Below, piece by piece: positions 27,032-34,927 of a DNA stretch of 39,001 bases (its first letter is position 1; the number at the start of each line of letters is the position of its first letter). The position numbers and the translations under genes were made by a program. Below the pieces are notes generated by a model. It did no database searches, was not told the origin of the DNA, and saw only the letters and a program-made list of their open reading frames with translations. This DNA is from a virus (lineage: Duplodnaviria; Caudoviricetes): the IMG/VR virus record IMGVR_UViG_3300017766_002981, positions 1 through 39,001 of that record; one strand, given 5' to 3'.

Positions 27032-28965
27032 CAGGTGTACTGCCCGCCGGTTGCCGCTGATCCCGCGGAGTTGCCGGGGAAATAGCTTGCCCCTCCTGCG
27101 TTGGTGTACATGACGCCATTCGCGTTCACTTCGTACCGCTTGCCGGTCACAGTTCCACCGTTCGTGAACGTCATTCCGAACGCCCCCAAATATCCTAAGT
27201 TCGAGCAGTAGAAATTCGCAGAGAAGAACGCCGGAGAGTTCGAATAGGTGATGGTTCGCTGTTGAACCACGACGTAGCCATTGTTCAGAATGTGATAGGC
27301 GGCGCCGCCGCTTACGGCGTAGTTACCCGTTGCAGTGATGAAGCTGCCCGACAGCGCGTACATATGCGCCGTAGTAGCCGATCCGAAGTCCAGGCTGTCG
27401 AAGTTGACGGCAGAGCCGTTGCTGACCTGAATGCACGCTACGGCCGAGGTGTTCGTCAACTTCATGCTGTTGACTTGCCACTTCGCGCCGGCCGAACTCG
27501 TGATGCAGTTGGAGGCACCCGTGCTGATGATCGTCGTCGCACCGACGCCCGTCAGGATGGGCACGAGAGATCCGAGAACGACCGGAAGATCGAGCGCCGC
27601 CGTAAATGTCCCCGCCTGAACCGAGATCGTAAGCTGGTAAGGCCCGCAATCGAGCGCGCCAGCGACGGCAAGGGCTTTCGTGATCGTCAGGAACGCGCCG
27701 CCCGAGGTGTTCGCCAGGCCGTTATTGCTGTCGCTGCCGTCCGTTCGAACGTAGTAGGTCGTCGCCCCGACCAAAGTAGTGCGTCCGCCAGCAGCGGCAG
27801 CCCATGAGGGAAAGCCCGAGGCAAGGGTCAGAACTTGCCCGTCAGAGCCCTTCGCCAGCCGCGACCACGTCGATGCGCCGCGGTAGAGGATATCTCCAGA
27901 AGCCGCACTTCCGATGAAGTCCAGCGCCTCCGAAAGCGTCAACTCTTCCGCGTCGCCCGCCGATGCTGTCTTGCGGCCGAGCATCCGGCTCGTGGCCGAA
28001 ACGTTCTGCAGCTTCGCATACGTCACCGCGTCGTCGGTGATTTCTGCCGTGGCTATCGTCGTGCCGACCGACCATGCGTCGGTCCCGGTTCGGCGCGCCA
28101 GGCCGGTCGAGGCAAGAGCCTCAAGCGCCGCAAGATCGTTGGCCAGCGCCCACGCCGGATTGCCCGCAATACCGGCGGGATTGGAAATGGTGATGCCGGC
28201 CGCCGGTGCGGTCAGCGTTCGCGCGGCGCCCGTGCCCGCTCCCGTGTGCGCCCAGAACCCGTCCGTCGAATTGGCCGCCAGCGCCGACAGATCCGCATCA
28301 AAGGCCTGGACGTTCGTCCCGATGACCGCCCCAATCGCCGCCCGCGCCGCCGTCGCATCCGCCAGCGCCAGAAACGCCCGCCCGTAGGAGGTGGTCGTGA
28401 GCGCAGCGATCGCCGTCAGGTCCGAATCCAACGGCTGGAACCCCGTCCCCAGCGCCGCCAGATCCGTCATCAGTTGCGCCAGCGTCCGGTTCACCCAGGC
28501 CCCGGACTTGCGCTGTATCACATCGTCGTTCGACGGGCTGATCCCGGCAATCGCCGTGAGATCACTATCCAGCGGCTGATACGCCGCATTCCCCTCCGCC
28601 GGCGTCAAAAAGAAACTGTCCACCAGCGCCGCCAGCGCCGTCGCATTCGCAAGCTCAAGCAGCCCGCGGCCAAAGCTCGTCGTCGTCAGCGCCGCGATCG
28701 CGGTCAAATCGCTGTCCAGCGGCTGCTTCGCGTCCAACGCCGCCTGAAGGCTCGCAACGTCCGAAATCGCGATCGCCAGGAACGTCTTCACATCCGCCGC
28801 CGTCAGCTCCTCCGTCGCACCATCACCGCCCGTCAGCCGGCCCAGCAGCCGCGACGTCGCCTGAACCAGCACATGCTCCGCATTCCACTCGTCCGGCCCA
28901 ACCTCGTTCGGGTTGTGGTCGTCAGCAATCGGCGACGTAAACGAATGCTTGAGCGAGATCACCAA
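27031..28965 (-). CDS. Second fibre protein (head or auxiliary fibre) with C-terminal beta-helix-like domain
   Basis: 644 aa, Ala/Thr/Gly/Ser-rich; QPLDSDLTAIA repeats; YYVRTDGSDSNNGL..AFLTITKAL beta-helix cap motif. Confidence 0.75.
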   Translation of the reverse strand: MVISLKHSFTSPIADDHNPNEVGPDEWNAEHVLVQATSRLLGRLTGGDGATEELTAADVKTFLAIAISDVASLQAALDAKQPLDSDLTAIAALTTTSFGRGLLELANATALAALVDSFFLTPAEGNAAYQPLDSDLTAIAGISPSNDDVIQRKSGAWVNRTLAQLMTDLAALGTGFQPLDSDLTAIAALTTTSYGRAFLALADATAARAAIGAVIGTNVQAFDADLSALAANSTDGFWAHTGAGTGAARTLTAPAAGITISNPAGIAGNPAWALANDLAALEALASTGLARRTGTDAWSVGTTIATAEITDDAVTYAKLQNVSATSRMLGRKTASAGDAEELTLSEALDFIGSAASGDILYRGASTWSRLAKGSDGQVLTLASGFPSWAAAAGGRTTLVGATTYYVRTDGSDSNNGLANTSGGAFLTITKALAVAGALDCGPYQLTISVQAGTFTAALDLPVVLGSLVPILTGVGATTIISTGASNCITSSAGAKWQVNSMKLTNTSAVACIQVSNGSAVNFDSLDFGSATTAHMYALSGSFITATGNYAVSGGAAYHILNNGYVVVQQRTITYSNSPAFFSANFYCSNLGYLGAFGMTFTNGGTVTGKRYEVNANGVMYTNAGGASYFPGNSAGSAATGGQYT

Positions 28966-29240
28966 CGCAAACCCTTCCTCATCGCGATGATCCCCTCAGA
29001 AGCCCGTACAGCGCGCCCGTCCGCAGCAATGCCACCAAGCCCAGCCAATCGAACCCAGCGCACCCACGCCGCCCCGCAGAGTCAGCAAGCCGCCTTCCAG
29101 CACGTTCGCCAGACCTCAATCACCGATGTCGTTTGAAACGGCCGCGCGTCAGATGGGGGCTAGAGCTCGAACCCGACGACGGCAGGGGGTGCCCCGGCCC
29201 CTCCCCCAGCCACCAGGTGGACAAGGTCGAGAACGGCTGC

Positions 29241-29339
29241 TAACCTATTGATATTGCTTGCGAGAAAGACCGACATCACACATCGCATAACTGCCATTAT
29301 GGAATGTTTTCGTAATTCCTTAATGATATCAATGCGCTG
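29241..29339. promoter_or_regulatory. Two oppositely oriented IHF-consensus sites (29241-29253 minus, 29327-29339 plus)
   Basis: TATCAATAGGTTA is an exact WATCAANNNNTTR match; TATCAATGCGCTG has one mismatch. Confidence 0.6.
29280..29307 (+). other. XerC/D dif-like recombination site (11-6-11)
   Basis: ACATCGCATAA-CTGCCA-TTATGGAATGT versus E. coli dif GGTGCGCATAA-TGTATA-TTATGTTAAAT; 7/11 identity per arm with intact inner CATAA-N6-TTATG. Confidence 0.65.
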
Positions 29340-29487
29340 ATGAGTGTGATGTGTGCAGATCATGCGCTGCGGACATGGCTCAAAGGCCTATTTCAGCCTG
29401 AAAACCCGCCCTCCTGGCCCGTTTCAATCCACACACACACGGGCGCGGTCTAGTACAATCCAGCCCCTTTGCTGGTCATCCTGCTGG

Positions 29488-30000
29488 TCAGTGTTTTGTG
29501 GCGCCTTCGTCGGGCAGCGTGACGCCGTGCTTTGCGGCGATGATGTGCGCGTCGATGCCGGTCAGGGCTGCGAGGTCGCGGACGGTCTGGATGGGATCGT
29601 GCTGGCTGGTGACGTCGCGGATTTGCTCGACGTGATGGCCTGCGACCTTGCCGCGGAGCTGCTCGGCCTGGACCGCGGCGCCGATGTTGCCGCTGTTGAG
29701 GGCGATTTCCTTGAGGCGTTCGAGTTCGCGAAGATGGCCTTCGAAGGTTACGACGGCGGTCCCGAGGCCGGCTTGGCGGGCGGCGGACAGCATTGCAGAG
29801 ATATTGGCCTTGGCGCGGAGGCGCGAGGCGGCCTCGATGATGGTGGAATTCAGCATGTTCGAGCAGTCGTAGGCCATGCGGTAGGCATCGGCCCCGGTCT
29901 TGCCGGCGAGTAGGCCTTCAACGAACTTCTGCTGCTGTGCAGTGAGGTCGGGCAGTTCGGCCGCTGGCTCGGTGGAGCCTGTGAGTTTCTGACGCGGCAT
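29488..30000 (-). CDS. terS: Terminase small subunit
   Basis: LTAQQQKFVEGLLAGKTGADAYRMAY...AASRL HTH; AAVQAEQLRGKVAG; AGGA RBS. Confidence 0.85.
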   Translation of the reverse strand: MPRQKLTGSTEPAAELPDLTAQQQKFVEGLLAGKTGADAYRMAYDCSNMLNSTIIEAASRLRAKANISAMLSAARQAGLGTAVVTFEGHLRELERLKEIALNSGNIGAAVQAEQLRGKVAGHHVEQIRDVTSQHDPIQTVRDLAALTGIDAHIIAAKHGVTLPDEGATKH

Positions 30001-30070
30001 GTGCACTTTTCCTGGGCTTGCTGCTGCAGCGTTTTCTGTTTTTGAGACAGGTGCGGATGCAGCAGTATTA

Positions 30071-30220
30071 TTATGGTGTAGCCGGACCCTGTCCCACGGA
30101 CGTTTTGGGACGCGCCCCGATGACCTTCCAGACGGCTTCGTTGACGTAATTCCCGGGTGCGATCGGGACCATTGTGGCGCCGTCGGTCGAGCGAATATAG
30201 GGCTGGTCGAGCGCGCTCAT
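30071..30220 (-). CDS. Small hypothetical protein (49 aa)
   Basis: TGATG-coupled start MSALDQPY. Confidence 0.45.
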   Translation of the reverse strand: MSALDQPYIRSTDGATMVPIAPGNYVNEAVWKVIGARPKTSVGQGPATP

Positions 30221-30435
30221 CAGCGCACCAGCTTCCACCCGTACCCGCCGCCACCTGGCAGGAATCCGAGCAGTGCGTTGATGACGATCAGCGCGAGGAT
30301 CAGGATCAGGATGATGCGGACGATCTGACCGATGGGCGCTGGCAGCGGGATCAGGCCGAGGATGGCGTTGATGGCCCACCAGATGACGCCGACGATGAGC
30401 AGAACGATCAGGAGGTTGATGAGTGCGGCGATCAT
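30220..30435 (-). CDS. Small two-TM membrane protein
   Basis: MIAALINLLIVLLIVGVIWWAI...IPLPAP..IVRIILILI; GGAG RBS. Confidence 0.75.
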   Translation of the reverse strand: MIAALINLLIVLLIVGVIWWAINAILGLIPLPAPIGQIVRIILILILALIVINALLGFLPGGGGYGWKLVR

Positions 30436-30466
30436 GTGTCGCTCCGGGTTGCGTGATGCGCGCCCC

Positions 30467-30505
30467 AACGAAAACGCCCGCCACCGGGATGTCCGGGAGC
30501 GGGCG
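30467..30505 (-). terminator. Terminator just downstream of the putative late promoter
   Basis: CGCCCGCTCCCGG-ACATC-CCGGTGGCGGGCG followed by TTTTCGTT. Confidence 0.6.
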
Positions 30506-30526
30506 CAAATCACTATCTTGCGCTGG

Positions 30527-30555
30527 ACAATGCCTTAACCCCCGGGGTTGTCAAG
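30527..30555 (-). promoter_or_regulatory. Putative late promoter
   Basis: CTTGAC-N17-CATTGT overlapping the stop codon of the late regulator. Confidence 0.5.
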
Positions 30556-31132
30556 ATGTAGCGTGATACACCGTCGCGCGGTCCACACTCTCGACGTCGG
30601 TGACCTCCGGCCTCTCGGGCCTGAACGTGCGCAGCCGGCTCGAGGTCTGCTGTGGGGGAAACCAGCGATCGGCGAGCTCGGATAGCCCGGCACGCAGTGC
30701 ACGGCCGGCGGCTTCCCGGGCTGATCGGGTATCGCCCCCGAACAGGATCGCGCAATCCTCGATCTTGTAGCCCAGCGCGCAGACGCGGTGCACCATGGCG
30801 TAATCCTTCGGGTAGAGCACGCGCTTGGCCACGCTCAGCACCTCGCACGCCGCGAGATAGTAATCGCCGGGCGGCATACCCTTCGCACCGCCACCGCGGG
30901 CCCGGTCGAAGTCCATGGATCCGCCGGTCTGGCCGATCACCCGGTCGTGGCTGTCGCGGTATCGCTCGCCGGCGCGCAGTTCGCGCTCGTTGATCTGCTT
31001 GCGCTTGGCCATGGCGGCGAGCGTGTCGATCGTGCGCTGGATTGTCTCGACGGCGCCCGGGACCGTCGGGCTTGCGACCCTGGCCTGCTCGGTGCGGTTC
31101 GGAATCCTCGGCTTGCTGTGCTTGTTGCTCAT
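30551..31132 (-). CDS. Putative late-gene regulator (DUF6456-like, Q position)
   Basis: DTLAAMAKRKQINERELRAGERYR and C-terminal LRAGLSELA; last early gene before the late promoter. Confidence 0.6.
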   Translation of the reverse strand: MSNKHSKPRIPNRTEQARVASPTVPGAVETIQRTIDTLAAMAKRKQINERELRAGERYRDSHDRVIGQTGGSMDFDRARGGGAKGMPPGDYYLAACEVLSVAKRVLYPKDYAMVHRVCALGYKIEDCAILFGGDTRSAREAAGRALRAGLSELADRWFPPQQTSSRLRTFRPERPEVTDVESVDRATVYHATS

Positions 31133-31141
31133 GGTCTGCCC

Positions 31142-31744
31142 CTATGCTGCCGCCGTACCTGTCTCATGCTGCTGTTTTCGCCTGTACCAGGTCGTGCGGC
31201 TGACCCCTTCCGACACCCATGGCTGTTGGCCTGTCAGCGATTCCGCGAGGTACTCAGCCCGTGTCTTCGACCCCTTCTGACGACGCATCCGCTCCTTGCG
31301 TAGCCGGTCTTTTTCGCGGCGTTGGGCTTTGCGTTCGTCCTTGGTCTGGTCGATTGCGCCGATCGTGGTGATGCCCAGCATTGCCCGTTCCTCCGATGTC
31401 AGCCGCAGCCGCACGGCAAGTTCGTCCGCGGTCCACGCCTCCGGCTCGGCGGTGGCCTCGGCGATGATGTGGATCCGCTCGACCTCGGGCAACCACGGCA
31501 CCCATATCTCGAGCCAGCGATCGGCCGCATCGACGCGACCCCGCAGCCGCACCAGATGGTGCGCCGCCACCAGCATGTCGTCCCTGCCCGCGTCGTCGTC
31601 CGGGAGCGTGATCCCGTACCGGTGCTTGAACAGCCGCGCGAGGTCGTTCAGCCGCAACCCGACAAGCTGCATCGGGGAACGACGTCCCTTGCGCTTGCCC
31701 TTCTGGCGATTGGAGAACCATCTGACGTTCGCGCGCCGCGGCAT
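31142..31744 (-). CDS. Basic DNA-binding protein with Rep-like C-terminal HTH
   Basis: C-terminal PWVSEGVSRTTWYRR after an R/K-rich helix. Confidence 0.6.
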   Translation of the reverse strand: MPRRANVRWFSNRQKGKRKGRRSPMQLVGLRLNDLARLFKHRYGITLPDDDAGRDDMLVAAHHLVRLRGRVDAADRWLEIWVPWLPEVERIHIIAEATAEPEAWTADELAVRLRLTSEERAMLGITTIGAIDQTKDERKAQRREKDRLRKERMRRQKGSKTRAEYLAESLTGQQPWVSEGVSRTTWYRRKQQHETGTAAA

Positions 31745-31999
31745 TCATTCCGCTGCCTCTTGGTACGCAATCCCGATCCCCAATTCCCGGCGCGCCGTGA
31801 CGCTCAGCGCGAGGTCCGACGGCGGCACCAGCCCAAGGTCGGCATATTCCCGACACACCCGGTTCAGCGCGCGCTCCCGGGCCTCGGTGTTGCTGCGGAT
31901 CTTGTGGCTGGGCGCCTCGGACACGCGCGCGTCCAGCATCGCGATCAGTTCAGCGAAGCCGTTGCGGATGTATTCGGCCTGGTCGGTGGCGTTGCTCAA
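31745..31999 (-). CDS. Hypothetical protein
   Basis: 84 aa, TTGA-coupled. Confidence 0.6.
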   Translation of the reverse strand: MSNATDQAEYIRNGFAELIAMLDARVSEAPSHKIRSNTEARERALNRVCREYADLGLVPPSDLALSVTARRELGIGIAYQEAAE

Positions 32000-32610
32000 A
32001 GCACCCTCAACATCGGCTGCGTGAAGCCGCGCCCGATCGCCGGACCTGGCTCGATGGCGATGGGCGCCGGGTCCATGGCACGCTCGATCGTCAGCGCGCT
32101 CAGCAGCATGTTGAGATGCGCGATGGTCTGCTTCACCGGTTGCAGAAGCTGCATGACGGCGTACCGCAGCTCAGCGGGCGCCGGCGCGAAGCGGTAGTTT
32201 GCGTCCTTGCCGCCGCCCTCACCGCGGTGCCAGCGGCGGATGGTGGCGGCAATCGCCCATGGCGGCAGATCGTCGAGCCCGGCCAGATACGCGGTGGCGC
32301 GTGCCCTGCCCGCCTCCTCGCTGCCAACAGCCATCGGGTAGGCCATCAGCATGGCCGCTACCATTCCGAGCCGCGCCTTCTGGTTTTCCTGGCTGTCGTC
32401 GGCCTCGGAGACGTCGCGCAATTCGGCGATCTTGGCGCACATCCGCGCGCGCTGCTCAGCCGTCAATGTTAACCCGCCCGGAAGGTATCTCCGGACCCGC
32501 ATCCCCGGGTGCTGGACCGTGCCCAGCGATATCCGCCGCCACGCTAGACATTCCGGCGAAGAAGTCAGAGCTTGCAGATCGACGCTGCGTGTTGAAATTT
32601 CGCGTGCCAT
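31996..32610 (-). CDS. Putative helicase loader (lambda P position)
   Basis: Follows the initiator; YLAGLDDLPPWAI..RRW..FAPAPAEL; GGAGG before ATG 32610, start uncertain. Confidence 0.55.
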   Translation of the reverse strand: MAREISTRSVDLQALTSSPECLAWRRISLGTVQHPGMRVRRYLPGGLTLTAEQRARMCAKIAELRDVSEADDSQENQKARLGMVAAMLMAYPMAVGSEEAGRARATAYLAGLDDLPPWAIAATIRRWHRGEGGGKDANYRFAPAPAELRYAVMQLLQPVKQTIAHLNMLLSALTIERAMDPAPIAIEPGPAIGRGFTQPMLRVL

Positions 32611-33256
32611 TGGCGCCTCCGGGTTGAGTTTCATCGGCCCAGCACCCAGCGTTCAGCCAGGTTGTCGGGTGTTTCGTGTATTGCGGGTCGGTGTTTGCTG
32701 CCGCGTATCGCTGCACGCCGGCCATAAGATCGGCGAACGTGACGATCGCGGACTTGCGGACCGTGGCGAGCTTTTTCATCGCCGCCAGTTTTTCGGTTTT
32801 GCGAGGGTAGGCTTGCCAGAACAGATCGCCGAAATTTTCCGGCCAGTCGTCGGCGAGCGCGGGAGCGCGAGTTATCTTTTTCTGTTCTGTCTCTGTATGT
32901 GTTTCTGTCTCTGTCTCTGGGGACGTTTCAGAAACGTTTCGTTGCCCGTTTCTGAAACGTTTCACTCGCTCGGTTGAAACGTCCGATTTGTACTGGCGAC
33001 CGTTCCAATTGTGCGGTGCGAATCCCGTTTCAGTCCTGTCGATCAGGCCGGCAGTCACCAGCCTGGTCAGGTACTCGGCGGCCTTGACCGGCTTCACACG
33101 CAGGCTGAGCGCGACGATCTCGATCGCCGGCAGAACGCCGTTGTTCTTCGACGCGATGCACAAGAAGGCGACCCATACCCAGCGCATCGCCTCCGGCAAG
33201 AGCAGGATCTTCGGATCGTTGATGACGTCATCGTCGAGGCGAAACCACCGGCTCAT
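32456..33256 (-). CDS. Replication initiator (lambda O-like organisation)
   Basis: N-terminal WFRL..DPK wHTH, internal iterons and ETETE linker, C-terminal FWQAYPRK...HPTTWLN. Confidence 0.85.
   Translation of the reverse strand: MSRWFRLDDDVINDPKILLLPEAMRWVWVAFLCIASKNNGVLPAIEIVALSLRVKPVKAAEYLTRLVTAGLIDRTETGFAPHNWNGRQYKSDVSTERVKRFRNGQRNVSETSPETETETHTETEQKKITRAPALADDWPENFGDLFWQAYPRKTEKLAAMKKLATVRKSAIVTFADLMAGVQRYAAANTDPQYTKHPTTWLNAGCWADETQPGGANGTRNFNTQRRSASSDFFAGMSSVAADIAGHGPAPGDAGPEIPSGRVNIDG
32881..32984. repeat. Putative replication origin: GAAACGTTTC palindromic iterons plus 6-bp TCTGTC repeats
   Basis: GAAACGTTTC at 32931 and 32954, partial copies near 32923 and 32976, inside the initiator gene. 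Confidence 0.7.
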
Positions 33257-33435
33257 GCAGTTGCCCTCGCCAGTTCGCGCGCGGCCAGCGCCCTTTGGTC
33301 GCCGCGGCGCGCTATCTCCTTGGCCCGCAGATCGGCCTGCCGGGCCGCCTGAGAGCGTTCGGCGCGGAGCGCAGCCTGCAGCAGCACCTCGTGGAAGGCG
33401 GCCAGCGCTTCATGTGAGAGCTTCCGGTGAGCCAT
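33253..33435 (-). CDS. Hypothetical protein (60 aa)
   Basis: TGATG and ATGA coupling. Confidence 0.6.
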   Translation of the reverse strand: MAHRKLSHEALAAFHEVLLQAALRAERSQAARQADLRAKEIARRGDQRALAARELARATA

Positions 33436-33875
33436 CAGAATTCCTCGACCTCCCACCCGCCACCGGCCTTCTTGGCCTTGGCTGTCACGGCCTTGAACTT
33501 GAACGGGAACATCGACGCAGCGACCTTGATCTTCACGCGCGCGTCGTCCTGCCAGAAGCCTTTGACCTCGTGGATTTCCATCGAGAGGTCTGCGAGCAGC
33601 ACCGGATAATCCGGGGTGTAGAACGTGTTGTCGGCCAGCCGGAATTTGAGGCCTTCGAAGCAGAACCAAAGCACCTCGCCGGCGTGCTTGCGCTCCTCGA
33701 GATGTCGGCCGTATGCGGCCTCGGTCTTGTTCATCTCGCCGGTCTTCAGTCGACCGAGCGCGAAGTTGCGAGGCGGGGCAAATGGCGGGTTGGCCGTGTT
33801 CGGCGCGCGCACGGCGCCGCCTGGCACGCCGGTGCGCTCCAGATGGTCCGCGAGTTGCTGCTCGGTCCACCGCAT
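33435..33875 (-). CDS. DUF1064-like PD-(D/E)XK nuclease (possible resolvase)
   Basis: MNKTEAAY, YTPD and HEVKG motifs. Confidence 0.75.
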   Translation of the reverse strand: MRWTEQQLADHLERTGVPGGAVRAPNTANPPFAPPRNFALGRLKTGEMNKTEAAYGRHLEERKHAGEVLWFCFEGLKFRLADNTFYTPDYPVLLADLSMEIHEVKGFWQDDARVKIKVAASMFPFKFKAVTAKAKKAGGGWEVEEF

Positions 33876-34297
33876 CAGTTTGACAGTTCGAACAGCGCGC
33901 GCATGAACGCCGCACGAGGCTTGCGCAGGAACAGCGGCGGCGGCTCGGGTGGGACGATCGCGTCAAACAGCGCGTCCATGTCAGGTTCGAAGTCCCGGCG
34001 GCATTCTTGCGGCAGCGGCGGGCTGATGATCGCCATGCAGCGCCGGCGCGCGAACACCGAGAACAGTTCGGGGATGTAGTTTTCCTCGTCAACAAAGGAG
34101 CCGACGGACCCTGCTGCGACTGTCACGGTCGAGGTGTCCGCCGGCGTCTCCTGCTTTCCTCCCGTTGCCGTTGAGGATTCGCGAATAGTCACGGCCGCCG
34201 GGTCCGAGGGATCAGTTAGGCTCGGGCCAGCGACCGTATCCACCACCCTTGCGAGTGCCAGCGTGGATTCGAATGGGTTTTTCAGGGCGTTGTGCAT
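33875..34297 (-). CDS. Hypothetical protein
   Basis: GAGGG RBS; TGATG-coupled to next gene. Confidence 0.45.
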   Translation of the reverse strand: MHNALKNPFESTLALARVVDTVAGPSLTDPSDPAAVTIRESSTATGGKQETPADTSTVTVAAGSVGSFVDEENYIPELFSVFARRRCMAIISPPLPQECRRDFEPDMDALFDAIVPPEPPPLFLRKPRAAFMRALFELSN

Positions 34298-34354
34298 GGT
34301 GTCCCTCGGTGATGCTGAAACGGGACGCGGTACTAAAACGGGCGGCGGCGCGGC

Positions 34355-34927
34355 TTATCCCCGGCGCCGGCCTTTGGCGTGAGCCACCGGGCCATCCACA
34401 GCGCGATTGCTGTCCGGACGTAGAAAGCCCAAGGCAGTTTCTTTTCGGGCAAAGGCGGTCGAGAGTTTTCTTGATGCATCTGCGTTGCCTTTGGTGAGAC
34501 GTCGCGCTGCCGCGGTCGGTTGAAGTTGGGCTTCGAGCTGCAGGGCTTCCTGCGTTGCTTCGGCGGCGAGACGTCTTTTCGCGGCCTGGGCCATCACCTG
34601 CTTCGTCCAGATCCACCACGCCGGCTCCGCTTCGGCCATGAGTGCTTCCAGATATTCGAAGCCGTCATCGCCGTGGATCAGCGCCTGCAGTTCTTCGATC
34701 GTGTAGGAAACCGAATTCGACAGCCGCGATTTCGCAGATCGCTCCTTGATGCCGAACAAATCGCAGAGATACGCCCAAGCCTTGGTACCAGCGGGTTTCT
34801 TTGATTTGATGATGTCGGTGATCGCGATCTGAAGATCCGAAACAGTGCAGGTTTTTGGGAAAACAGTGCAGGTTTCCGCACCCCCAAAATTTGCGGAATT
34901 CGGCGACGCGGCTAATGCTCTCGGCAT
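34355..34927 (-). CDS. Putative CII-like regulator
   Basis: Downstream of cro; HTH-like LCDLFGIKERSAKSRLS. Confidence 0.55.
   Translation of the reverse strand: MPRALAASPNSANFGGAETCTVFPKTCTVSDLQIAITDIIKSKKPAGTKAWAYLCDLFGIKERSAKSRLSNSVSYTIEELQALIHGDDGFEYLEALMAEAEPAWWIWTKQVMAQAAKRRLAAEATQEALQLEAQLQPTAAARRLTKGNADASRKLSTAFARKETALGFLRPDSNRAVDGPVAHAKGRRRG
34840..34875. repeat. 15-bp direct repeat AAACAGTGCAGGTTT x2 (21-bp period)
   Basis: Exact copies at 34840-34854 and 34861-34875. Confidence 0.85.

Noticed and set aside
27031-28965. Diversity-generating retroelement or invertible fibre cassette
   Set aside because: No reverse transcriptase, invertase or template/variable repeat pair seen; the repeats are protein-level with synonymous divergence
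28966-29135. Small gene upstream of the second fibre
   Set aside because: Only short frames with weak starts in strongly skewed sequence; not supportable
10817-29136. Long + strand ORFs (e.g. 17648-18868, 21935-23191, 23109-24302, 27835-29136)
   Set aside because: Antisense shadows of well-supported minus-strand genes in high-GC DNA; no motifs
29181-29210. KOPS motifs guiding FtsK to the dif-like site
   Set aside because: The one exact GGGNAGGG I noticed here is on the minus strand pointing away from the site, and the skew polarity is opposite to that around a chromosomal dif
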